This document shows positions 8,558-17,900 of a stretch of 60,658 nt of DNA, piece after piece. Under the pieces are notes generated by a model. That model was not told the origin of the DNA. It did no database searches and was given only the letters and a program-made list of their open reading frames with translations. Origin of the DNA: a virus (lineage: Duplodnaviria > Caudoviricetes). The DNA is taken from the IMG/VR virus record IMGVR_UViG_3300037467_001807, positions 1-60,658 of that record. One strand, 5' to 3'. Made by a program: the position numbers and the translations under genes. The first letter of the stretch is position 1; every line of letters starts with the position of its first letter.

Positions 8558-8661
8558 CGGCCTTTCATGGGACGGAGGAAGGACTTGAGCGCGAGGCCGG
8601 CAGCCGCGACGGCGACGCAGCCGGCGGCTAGCCAGAAGAGGTCGCCCCACCAGGCGGGCAT
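8554..8661 (-). CDS. Small single-TM protein (35 aa)
   Basis: TGATG coupling to endolysin; MPAWWGDLFWLAAGCVAVAAAGLALKSFLRPMKGR; not in the ORF track. Confidence 0.45.
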   Translation of the reverse strand: MPAWWGDLFWLAAGCVAVAAAGLALKSFLRPMKGR

Positions 8662-9251
8662 CAAAGGGCGGCGCGGACCAGCCACCCCTTCTTGAAGGTG
8701 ACGAGCTCGGGCTGAAGGACGCAGATGCGAGTGTAGAAGGCCGCCTGCTCCGCCCGCAGGGCGGCGAGGAGCTTGGCGCCGCCGTCAGCCTTCGCCTGAG
8801 CCTGCACAGCGGCGACGATGGTGTCGTTCACGCCGGAGACCCGGCCGACGTCGACCTTCAGGTCGCCCAGCGCCCGCTGCAGGATGATCGCGGCGCGCTT
8901 CGGCCCGGTGTTCACCGCGATGTCGAAGCACTTCCATGCGACCATCTGCGGGGCGAGGCGGCCGTACCAGCCGCGAAGCCACCAGCACTCGAAGTAGATG
9001 TCCGCCGCCTGGTCCTTGGTCAGCCCGGCGATGTCCTTGCGAGTGATGTGGCCGTCGTGGTCGGCGTCCAGCCAGCGGGCTTCGCTCGGCTCGAGCTTCG
9101 CTTCGGCGATCGCCCAGCGCAGCGAGACACCGAAGTTCGTCAGGCCACCCGGGTCCTTGGGGTTGTCGACGAGGCCGCCCTCGAGCGGGAGCGTCTTCGC
9201 GATCGAGAACCCCGCGACGGGGTCCTGGCGGGTGATCAGGGCGAGGGTCAC
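8661..9251 (-). CDS. Endolysin, glycoside hydrolase family 108
   Basis: EGGLVDNPKDPGGLTNFGV catalytic motif, FDIAVNTG, C-terminal F.KGW..R. Confidence 0.9.
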   Translation of the reverse strand: MTLALITRQDPVAGFSIAKTLPLEGGLVDNPKDPGGLTNFGVSLRWAIAEAKLEPSEARWLDADHDGHITRKDIAGLTKDQAADIYFECWWLRGWYGRLAPQMVAWKCFDIAVNTGPKRAAIILQRALGDLKVDVGRVSGVNDTIVAAVQAQAKADGGAKLLAALRAEQAAFYTRICVLQPELVTFKKGWLVRAAL

Positions 9252-9254
9252 CGG

Positions 9255-9623
9255 TCAGTCGCCGTCGCGCGTGCGGGTCGCCGGCTTGACCCGCCCGGTG
9301 AGCAGGTTGCGGAGATCGTGGTCGAGCTGCTCGATCCGCTTGGTTACGGCCTCACCGAAGCCCTTCAGCTCGCCCTGCATGCCCGTGACGAGGGTGCGCA
9401 GGACCGCCATCTCGGTGCGGTACGCCTCGGCCTTATCCTCGCTCTCCTGGAGCCCCTTGATGTGCTCCTCGGCCTGCTTCATGCGCTGCGCATGCTCACC
9501 GAACTTGTAGGCGGTCTTCACGGCATGAAGGATCGTTCCGCCGGCGATGGAGATGACCATCACGAGCAGGCCCCCGAACGCGATGGTTTCGGCCCACCCC
9601 CAGCCGTGGGCCGCGGCGTTCAT
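9255..9623 (-). CDS. Single-TM coiled-coil protein (holin/antiholin-like)
   Basis: N-terminal TM followed by a heptad region; immediately upstream of endolysin. Confidence 0.6.
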   Translation of the reverse strand: MNAAAHGWGWAETIAFGGLLVMVISIAGGTILHAVKTAYKFGEHAQRMKQAEEHIKGLQESEDKAEAYRTEMAVLRTLVTGMQGELKGFGEAVTKRIEQLDHDLRNLLTGRVKPATRTRDGD

Positions 9624-9901
9624 TGGGCCGCGGCCTTCTTCAGGGCCTCCGATGCACCCCAGCGGTAGCCGGCGTAGCCGGCGATTACCGCTGAGATCAG
9701 CGCGGAGACGATGCTGGCGACGATCGGCAGCGTGAGCTTCAGGTCGGCCGCGAGGAGCCGCCAGAGCACGAAGCCGACGATGAACAGCACGCCCACGACG
9801 AGGATCGCGTCGAGCCTGCTAGGCGTCGGGACTGAGGCCGGGGGGCCGGCAGTAGGCGGCGTCGGCGCGGCCGGAGGCGCGCCCGTGACAGGCTCGGACA
9901 T
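9620..9901 (-). CDS. Putative holin (2 TM)
   Basis: Two hydrophobic helices, charged C-terminus, position in the lysis cassette; start uncertain (9901 or 10036). Confidence 0.6.
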   Translation of the reverse strand: MSEPVTGAPPAAPTPPTAGPPASVPTPSRLDAILVVGVLFIVGFVLWRLLAADLKLTLPIVASIVSALISAVIAGYAGYRWGASEALKKAAAQ

Positions 9902-10084
9902 AGGGAGATCGCCCTTCTCGATGATGCGGAAGAAGGCCGCCTCTGTCGGGCGGCTCAGGATCAGGATGAGGTCGGATCTGGTCATGCCCGCAGGTTCGGG
10001 GCGGCCAGGGCCGTGCGGATTGGGTGGGGCGCTCATGGCCCAAGGATCGGGCCGTCGGCGGCTACCTTGCGCCGGGCGAAAGGG

Positions 10085-10483
10085 TCAGGCCCAGGGCGCG
10101 CCTTGGTGCGTGACGGCGGTGGCGTCGAGGCTCTGATACTGGACCGGCCGGTGCGGACACTGCCCGGCCGGATAGGCGGCCTTGAAGGTGTCTCCGACGA
10201 TCCAGGCCAAGCCCGCGTCGTCCCAGGTGCAGGCGATCATGTGGTCGATCCTGCCAGAGCCGGCATCGACTTCGAGACGATAGAGGTTCGAGAGCGAGGC
10301 CCCGGCCCGGAACAGAAGGTCCAGCGCGGTGCTGGCGAGATCGTCGCAATCACCACTCCAAGGCCGGCCGGCCAGGGCCTCGTCTGCATGGCTGCGCCAC
10401 CTGTCATCTCCGACAGGGTCGGCGAGATAGGTGAACCCTGCCCTCGCCTGCGCATCGAGGCGGCAGATCGCGTCAGCGTCCAC
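10085..10483 (-). CDS. Transglutaminase-like cysteine peptidase (BTLCP/LapG-like)
   Basis: GDCDDLA (Cys), HMIA (His), IVGD (Asp) in BTLCP order. Confidence 0.7.
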   Translation of the reverse strand: MDADAICRLDAQARAGFTYLADPVGDDRWRSHADEALAGRPWSGDCDDLASTALDLLFRAGASLSNLYRLEVDAGSGRIDHMIACTWDDAGLAWIVGDTFKAAYPAGQCPHRPVQYQSLDATAVTHQGAPWA

Positions 10484-10623
10484 GGCAGCCCGGGAACGTC
10501 GGTTGCGCGCGGCATTGGTCGCCGATCTGTGGCCATGGGGCCGAGATGACCGGGCCTGTCCGGTGCGGCGTCGTCGGGGAGCCGCAGCTGGCCATCGCGA
10601 CCGCCGCCAGGCTCAGGAGCAGG

Positions 10624-11202
10624 CTACGCAAGGATCGCGGCCTGATCGTCCGCGGTCAGGTAGCCCTTCAGAACGAGGTCACCGACGTACTGGCGCACCA
10701 GCGGATCATCCAAGTTCACCACGGGCCCGTTCGGACCCCCGACCGAGTTGATCAGCTCGTCGGCGTAGGCGATCTCCGGATCCGTGGTGCGCGCGGCGAG
10801 GATCGCCATCGCCTTCGCCGCCGGGATACGGAGCTTGAAGTCCAGGAGGCTGATCACCCGCGGGTTCGCCGGCTGCGGGGCCGGGTCGCTCGGCGAATAG
10901 GCGATCGGCGGCAGGGCGTTGACCGGCCCCGTCACGGCGTCGAACGTCGCCTGATCGGGGAATTGCAGGGTGACGGTGAGCGTCGGGTTCGCCGGGTCGT
11001 CGCCGCCCAGGACGTGCTGGGCCGGGACCTGCGTCACCCGGTAGGGCGAAAGCGCGTCCGACGAGCGCGCGAAGGTCGCCAGGTCGGTGATCGCGAACAC
11101 GCCGGCGAGCGGCGGATAGGCGGGATAGGTCCCGCCGTGGCCGTCGTCGGTCAGGGTCGGCGTGGCGCTGTAGTCGAAGCAAACGAAGGCGTCGGAGATC
11201 AT
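10624..11202 (-). CDS. Tail fibre-associated protein
   Basis: Follows the fibre gene; C-terminal RVISLLDFKLRI...L.ADD.AAIL module typical of fibre assembly proteins. Confidence 0.55.
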   Translation of the reverse strand: MISDAFVCFDYSATPTLTDDGHGGTYPAYPPLAGVFAITDLATFARSSDALSPYRVTQVPAQHVLGGDDPANPTLTVTLQFPDQATFDAVTGPVNALPPIAYSPSDPAPQPANPRVISLLDFKLRIPAAKAMAILAARTTDPEIAYADELINSVGGPNGPVVNLDDPLVRQYVGDLVLKGYLTADDQAAILA

Positions 11203-11229
11203 GGGCTAAGCTCCCGAACTTGAGGGCGA

Positions 11230-14200
11230 TCAGGTGGCGTCGGCTTGGAGTTGCGCGTTGGTGCGCCGACCGCGCCAGCGCTTCAGCTTGCGGATGCCGG
11301 GACCCCATTCGAGGCCGGTTCCGTTGGCCGTGCCGATCCAGAAGTTGGCCAGCGACGGCAGGGCCACGCTTGCCGATTTCGTGACGCAGGCCGCCCCGTT
11401 CACGGAGGCCGCCACGTCGTTGAGGGCGACCGCCGCGGCGATCTTGTAGGTGCTTCCTGCGGCGACCGCGCCGAGGTCCAGGTTCGCCTGCTGCACGTTC
11501 CCCACATAGACCTGAAGGAACAGGTGTCCCGAGGCGCGGTCGTAGATCAGCGCTACGATGTCGGTGTTGGTGGCGTTGTCCCACCGCCACGCGGCGGCCG
11601 CGCTGCGGGTGGACGCCGGGATCGTCACCTCGCATTGCACGCTGAAGCTCGCCGGGTTCGCCTCCGCGGACGTCAGCACGTCGGCGTTGCGCTGCACCGG
11701 CGCCCCTGCCGTGTCGATCGGCGTCGTGGTTGAGCCGCCCGCTTCCACCTGCACGCGCGTCGGCCCCCCCGCGACGGTCACCGTGATCGTGCCCGTCGCC
11801 GTGCAGTTGATGATCAGCGGCGCGGCGGCCGTGGCCGCGCCCGCCCCGGTGATCGTCGCCGTCCCGGCCGCGACGGTCGCCGAGCCGGAGCCCAAGACGC
11901 TGATCGCGTAGTTGCCCGTCGCGGAGAGGGTGATCGTCTGCGTCGCGGGCGCGGTCGAGTTGAGGAACAGGTTCGTGCGTGTGGGTTCGACCGTCAGGCC
12001 GGCGTCGGAGACGCGCAGCGCCCCGCTGGCGACCGCCAGGAGGAACCCGGCGCTGGTCAGCACATTGGCGGTCGTCGCCCGGCTGAACGTCGTCCCCGGA
12101 AGCTCGGCGATCGTCCCGTATTGCTGCCCGAGATACTTGTAGGTCTGCGTCGTGAAGTCGTAAGAGCGCTCAAGGCTCACGTCGGAGGCGGTCTGCACCT
12201 CCGCCGCGCTCATGGCGCGCATGAGGACGTTCAGCTCGCGCAAGGTCGAGTTGAGTTGGAGGTCGCCTTGCAGACGGCAGCCGAGGCCTAGACGCGTAAG
12301 CGCCTGCGCCAGCGCACCTCCCGCCGAGGTGAAGCTCTGCGCCGCCTGCCCGTTGAAGCTGAACGTCACGGCGTCGCCGTTGACACTGATCGCGAAGCCG
12401 ACCGGCTGGCCGCCGGCGATCCCGAGCGAAGCCCAACTCGCCTGAAGCTGGGCGAATTGGCTGTTGGTGGTGGACGCGACCCCTAGCGCGGAGCCTGTGG
12501 TGTAAAGCTCCAAGAGGTCGTTGGTGTTTGCCGCGGCGGCAAGCTGGAACACCCGGTAGGAGTTGGCGGGCGCCAGCGGGAGGATGAACTTCCCCGTGAC
12601 GGTGAACGCCTGCCCGACCGCGATGTTGACGGTCTCCGTCGCCACGTCGGGGTTGCGGGTGACGGTGGCCGTGGTGGTCGGGATGCGGGAGGTCGGGAAG
12701 CCTCCGGCCTGTTCGTCCGCCTGCCAGAGGGAGAGCGTCTCGGTTCCCGCCGCGGTCCAGATGGGTTGGCCGCTGCTGTTGAAGATGTTGCCCGAAGCGG
12801 CGCCCGCAAGGCCGGCGATGATCGTCGGATTGGCCCCGGTGACATTGGCGACCAGGGTGCAGCGATACCAGCCGCTCCCGACCGGCGACGGCTCGATCGT
12901 GCGGCTTACGACAGCGCCCGACCCTGACCCGACGCTCGTTTCGCCCAGAGCCCCCGCCCCCACGTCGAACACGGCCGCGGCGTAGTTGTTGCCCGACGCC
13001 ACAAGGTCGATGAAGGCGAAGCCGTGGGTCCCCTTCTTGAAGTCGAAGGCCACGGAGACGTTCGTCGCGCTCGCCAGGACGTTCCCCGCCTGGGTGACGT
13101 TGTGGGCCGAGTTGCCCGCGATCGCGGTCAGCAAGTCGCCCGTCGCCGTGCCGTCGGGGGCCGTCGTGGCGTTCGCCGTCACGGTCACGCCGCTTTTCGT
13201 CCAGGCGGCGTTGTCGAACGCCTGCGACTGAAGCGCGAGGTTGGTCCGCGCCTCCTCGGAGAGATAGCCCGCCGTCGTGACCCGCGGCGCGCCGGAGGCG
13301 ACCGAGGAGACGTTCCCGCTCTGATCGGTCGCCGTCGCCGTGGTGGCGCGGGTGAAGCTGGCGACCGCGGTCAGGTTGGACGAGGCCAACAAACCCCGCC
13401 GGAAGTAGGCCGCGCCCGACGACGCGGCCGGGCGGTTCTCGACGCCGCGCTGCACCGTGGCGGCGGCCTGCGCGAGCGTCGCGCTCGGGTCCTGCGTCGC
13501 CGCCCGCTCCAGGATCAGCGCCGCGCCCGCCGTGTCGTTGACGTTCGCCGAGGCGGCCGACGACGCGGCGGCCGTGGCGGAGGCGGCGGCGTTGGTCGCC
13601 TGGGTGGCCGCGATTCCGGCCTGGGTCGTGGCCGTGGTCGCCGAGCCGGAGGCGTCGGAGGCGTAAGCCTTGGCCGACTTGGACGTGTCGTCCACGGTCC
13701 CGCCCATGTAGGACGCCCAGTCCTTCGCCGAGCCCCCGCCGGCGACGCCGCGCAGCGTGGTCCCGATCGACCATTCCTTGGCGGAGTAGTCGGTCGCCGC
13801 GACCTGGGAGCCGGTCTGGGACGCCCATTGCTGGGCGAGGGTGGCGGACCCGGAGGCCGCGGTCGCGGAGCCCGCCGCGGCCGTGGCGGAGCCGGCGGCG
13901 TCCGTCGCGTCCGTGTCGGCCGCCAGCTTGTCAGCGTGGACCGCCGTCCGGTCGGCCGCCGTCGCCGCCGCGTCCTGGCCAGTCTGGGTGCGATCCGCGC
14001 CGGTTTGGACCCGGTCCGCCGCGGTCTGGGTGGCGGCGGCGCTGGCCGAGGCCACGTCGGCGTCCGCCTGGAGCCGGTCCGCATGGGCCGCCGCCGCGTC
14101 GCTCGCCGCCGAGGTCGCCGAGCCGGCAGCATCCGTGGCGCTGGCTGCCGCCGCCGCTGCGCTCTGCTCCGCCGCAAGTGCTGCCCCGGCCGCCTCGCCG

Positions 14201-14646
14201 CGCACGATCTGCACCGCGGTCGGTCCGTTGAACAGCTGCACCGCGGCCCCAGCAGTGCTGGGGAGCACGGAACCGCCGCCGAGGCTCGGTAGGTCGGACA
14301 GGCCACGAGCGACGGTGACGGTCCCGACGTAGATCGGCTCCGGGCTGGCGAGGTTCGTCTGCCGCAGCTCGACCTGATAGACGCCGGGCGCCCAGCCGGT
14401 CCACGTCGCGTTGGAGACCGTGACAGTGTTCCCGGAGACGGTGATGCCGCCGTTCACGGCCGTGGTCATCTCATGGACATCAGCGGCCGCCGGCTGGCTC
14501 CGCCCCTTCGGCGCGAAGACCAGCGACCAAGTCGTCCCGGTCTGGTCCAGCGGCGTGGCGGTGCTGGCGCCGAAGAACTCGAAGGGGACCGTCCAGACGC
14601 CATCCGTGAGGATCGGCGGCAACGGCGTGTCGTCGCGCGCGTACAT
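11230..14646 (-). CDS. Tail fibre / receptor-binding protein
   Basis: N-terminal adaptor-like domain, Ala/Thr-rich shaft, two F(T/S)RATTA...E..RTNL modules each followed by beta-sandwich (CBM/LamG-like) domains. Confidence 0.8.
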   Translation of the reverse strand: MYARDDTPLPPILTDGVWTVPFEFFGASTATPLDQTGTTWSLVFAPKGRSQPAAADVHEMTTAVNGGITVSGNTVTVSNATWTGWAPGVYQVELRQTNLASPEPIYVGTVTVARGLSDLPSLGGGSVLPSTAGAAVQLFNGPTAVQIVRGEAAGAALAAEQSAAAAAASATDAAGSATSAASDAAAAHADRLQADADVASASAAATQTAADRVQTGADRTQTGQDAAATAADRTAVHADKLAADTDATDAAGSATAAAGSATAASGSATLAQQWASQTGSQVAATDYSAKEWSIGTTLRGVAGGGSAKDWASYMGGTVDDTSKSAKAYASDASGSATTATTQAGIAATQATNAAASATAAASSAASANVNDTAGAALILERAATQDPSATLAQAAATVQRGVENRPAASSGAAYFRRGLLASSNLTAVASFTRATTATATDQSGNVSSVASGAPRVTTAGYLSEEARTNLALQSQAFDNAAWTKSGVTVTANATTAPDGTATGDLLTAIAGNSAHNVTQAGNVLASATNVSVAFDFKKGTHGFAFIDLVASGNNYAAAVFDVGAGALGETSVGSGSGAVVSRTIEPSPVGSGWYRCTLVANVTGANPTIIAGLAGAASGNIFNSSGQPIWTAAGTETLSLWQADEQAGGFPTSRIPTTTATVTRNPDVATETVNIAVGQAFTVTGKFILPLAPANSYRVFQLAAAANTNDLLELYTTGSALGVASTTNSQFAQLQASWASLGIAGGQPVGFAISVNGDAVTFSFNGQAAQSFTSAGGALAQALTRLGLGCRLQGDLQLNSTLRELNVLMRAMSAAEVQTASDVSLERSYDFTTQTYKYLGQQYGTIAELPGTTFSRATTANVLTSAGFLLAVASGALRVSDAGLTVEPTRTNLFLNSTAPATQTITLSATGNYAISVLGSGSATVAAGTATITGAGAATAAAPLIINCTATGTITVTVAGGPTRVQVEAGGSTTTPIDTAGAPVQRNADVLTSAEANPASFSVQCEVTIPASTRSAAAAWRWDNATNTDIVALIYDRASGHLFLQVYVGNVQQANLDLGAVAAGSTYKIAAAVALNDVAASVNGAACVTKSASVALPSLANFWIGTANGTGLEWGPGIRKLKRWRGRRTNAQLQADAT

Positions 14647-14661
14647 GCGGCCTCCGTCGCC

Positions 14662-14970
14662 TCAGTGGCTCATCAGGGGATGGATTTCGGCCAGCCTCTC
14701 GGCCGCCTCGAGCATGGTCTCGTCGCCGGTCAGGCCGAGGTCCGCGAGCTTGGTGTGGTCGATCTTCGCCTTGATCGCGGTGCGGGCATCGATCAGCTTC
14801 GGCATCGGCTTCCAGGTCGCCGGCGCCGCGACGTGTTCGTCGACCAGGGTGACGAGGTTGTGCCCCTTCCCGGCCTTGCCGTGGCTGCCGAGGTGGATGG
14901 CATGCCAGTGGCCGAAGTTGTCCTCCAGCGCTGGCATGTCCGCGTCGGCGACGATGAAGTAGCGCCTCAT
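14662..14970 (-). CDS. Hypothetical tail-region protein
   Basis: GAGGA SD; lies between the tail tip and fibre genes. Confidence 0.7.
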   Translation of the reverse strand: MRRYFIVADADMPALEDNFGHWHAIHLGSHGKAGKGHNLVTLVDEHVAAPATWKPMPKLIDARTAIKAKIDHTKLADLGLTGDETMLEAAERLAEIHPLMSH

Positions 14971-14977
14971 CCGGTCC

Positions 14978-17900
14978 TCAGGGCTTCGGGTTGTGGCAGA
15001 GCAGTTCGCGTGGCCCGACGAAGTAGAGGTGCGGCGCCTCCAGCTCGATGCAGACCAGGTCGGCCAGGTCCTTCAGGAGCCACAGACCGGTGACCTCGGC
15101 ATGGTCGCCGGAGGTGGCGAGCAGCTGGCCGAGACGAAGGTCCTTGGCGCGGACCTCGCCGCCGGCCGCCAGCAGGAAGCGGTGTTCCGCCGTGACGACG
15201 ACAGGCTCGCCGCCGCCATCGACCTGCACGGCGAACCACTCCGAGCAGGCCTTGCGCGTTAGGTGCCGGATCCGGGTATGACCAGCCGGCGACTTGACGA
15301 CATCGCCCACGGCGAGTTCGGCGGCGCGGCGGTTGCCGACCAGCTGGTCCGGATGGAGGCAGCCGAGGCCGCCGCCGCCGCCGCCGCCGGTGCCCGACGA
15401 CGTGGTGGCCACCGAGAAGCCGTTCAGCGGGATCCGGTTCTGCAGATACATCTGCGACGCCCCGAAGGCGTCGGCCGATGGGTAGGCGTCGGCGGGGGAG
15501 CCGACCCCGTTGCCGCCCGTGGCCCAGCCGAGGGTGAGCGGCCCGGAGCCGCCGGTGTCGGTCGCGTAGGGATAGACCTTGTACGTGGTCCCCGCCGAGA
15601 GGGAGCTGATCGCCAGGCTGCCGCTGCTGATGGTCACCGTCGTGCCATCGGAGCGATACATGGTGATCGTGGACCATGAGATGGTGATCGAGCTGGTCGT
15701 CGAGCTGTAGGTGAAGGACTGCGCCGGGACGCTCGGAGGGATCGAGCCAGTGGCCTTCACGCGCTTGGTGGAGCTCGGGTCGATCAGGGCCGGAAGGTTC
15801 GTCGCGGCGTCATTCCACGGCGAGGCCTGCGAGCCCTTCTCCAGCATGATCTTGTAGATGAAGGCCGAGGAGCTGGAGGAGGACGTGACCAGATTGTCCA
15901 TCGTGAAGAACACGCGGACGTGGTCGGTGCTCGCGATCGTCGTGAACTGCCCGGAGACGAAGCCCCCGGTCATCGCAATGGAGCCGGAGGCGTTGCCGAG
16001 GAACGTGTCGCTGGAGTTGTAGCAGGCCAGGGTCAGGTCGATGCTGCCGCTGGAGCGGGCGACGAAGTCGCAGATCGCCTGGATCGTGAAGGTGACCCCG
16101 GATCCGATGGCGCTCCCCACCGGGTCGGAGAAGAAGTGCATCGCGTTGAAGGTCGACGCGGCGCCGAAGCTCCAGAGGAAGCCCCACCCCTTCTGGCTGT
16201 CGAAGGCGGGCACGAAGTGCGAGGTGGCGTCGTTCGTCCACCCGGTCAGGTCGTTGATCTGGCCCGTCGAGTTGAACAGGAGGTTCTGGTTCGGCTGAGT
16301 GCCCGCCAGCACCCAGGCGGTTCCGCTCCAGACGTAGACGCCGATAGGCGTCGTACCTGAGAGCTGGATCCAGACATCGTTGACCGTCGGCGTGCTCGGC
16401 GCCGTCGAGGACTGGGTGACGTTGTTGTTGGTCGCGGTCTGGACCCACGAGGTCCCGTTCCATGTCGCCACGCCGGTGACCCGGGAGTTGCTGTCGAGCT
16501 GGACCCAGACGTCGCCGGCGACCGGGCTCGACGGAGCGGTGATGGACCGGGTGACGTTGTTGACCGTCGAGGTCGAGACCCAGGCCGAGCCGTTCCAGGT
16601 CTGGAAGCCCGTCACCCGGGAGTTGGTGTCCAGCACCACCCAGATGTCCCCCGTCGTCGGGGTGCTGGGCGCCGTGGTCGACCTCGTGATGTTGTTGCTG
16701 GTCGAAGCCGTCAGCCAGGCGCTGCCGTTCCAAGTCGCCGAACCAGTGATGCGCCCGTTCGAATCGAGCTGAACCCAGATATCCCCGGTGGTCGGCGTGG
16801 ACGGCGCCGTCGCCGAGGTGGTGATGATGTTGGTGGTCCCCGAGACCACCCATGCGCTGCCGTTCCAGGTGGCGAAGCCGGTGACACGGCTGTTCGCATC
16901 CAGCTGCACCCAGATATCGCCCACCGTGGGCGTGCTAGGAGCTGTCGCGGACCTCGTGATGTTGTTCGACGTGGCGACGGTGAGCCAAGACGAGCCGTTC
17001 CAGGTGGCCGTGCCCGTCGTCCGGCCGTTGCTGTCCAGCTGGACCCAGATGTCGCCAGGGTTGGGGCCCGACGGGGCCGAGCTCGACCGCGTGATGACGT
17101 TCGGCGTCGCGTCCCGGAGCGACGGGCCAGGCGTGTAGGGCGGCACGGCCGTGGAGGCGGTGGCGTTGGTCGGCAGCCGCACCACCTCGGGCTGCATGAC
17201 CCAGAGCTTCGGGCTCGCTGCGCCGTTGCAGAGCGCACGGGCGACTATCTGGCACCACTTCGCCGAGGCCGGCGCCTGGGTGACCATCGTCATCAGGCCG
17301 TAGGTGGCCGGGTCCACGGTGTCGCCGTTGACGTTCGCGCCGCCGGTCGCGCCGTTGCTCACCGCGGAGACCTGGGCGCCGGAGCCGTCGTAGAAGATGG
17401 CGTAGAGGTTGACCCCGGTGCAGTTCTGGTAGGCGACGCGCGCGGCGAGCGCGACCCAGTCGTTCGGCAGCACCGGCGTCAGGAAGTTCGCCGGTTTCGC
17501 GATGTCCTGGGTGTAGGCGTCGAACTGCTTGCCCGACGCCGGCGTGCCAGTGATCGCGCCCTTCGCCGCCCGGAAGCTGTTCGTCGAGACGATGCTCGAG
17601 GTCAGCGTCAGGCCCGTGTTGTTGGTCCCGGCGACCCAGCCGGTCGGTGGATCGCCGCCGGTCAGGAATTCCGAGTTCACCACGGCGTTCTGGCCGACCG
17701 GGGCGAGGAAGTTCACGAGGTCGGTCCAGGTGTAGACCGTCGTTCCCGGGCCAGAGATGCCCGACGCGGTGAGGTCGATCACGGGCGCCGCGCCCGGGTT
17801 CAGCACGACGTTGTGGGCGGTGACGGTGCTCAGGTCCTCGGCGGCGTTGCCGAAGAGGTTGAAACTCTGGAGCTTGACGGAGAGCGTCGCGCCGACCTGC

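Noticed and set aside
14990-15361. Canonical splicing intein
   Set aside because: +1 residue is Pro, only three residues follow and there is no endonuclease domain; kept as a Hint autoprocessing domain
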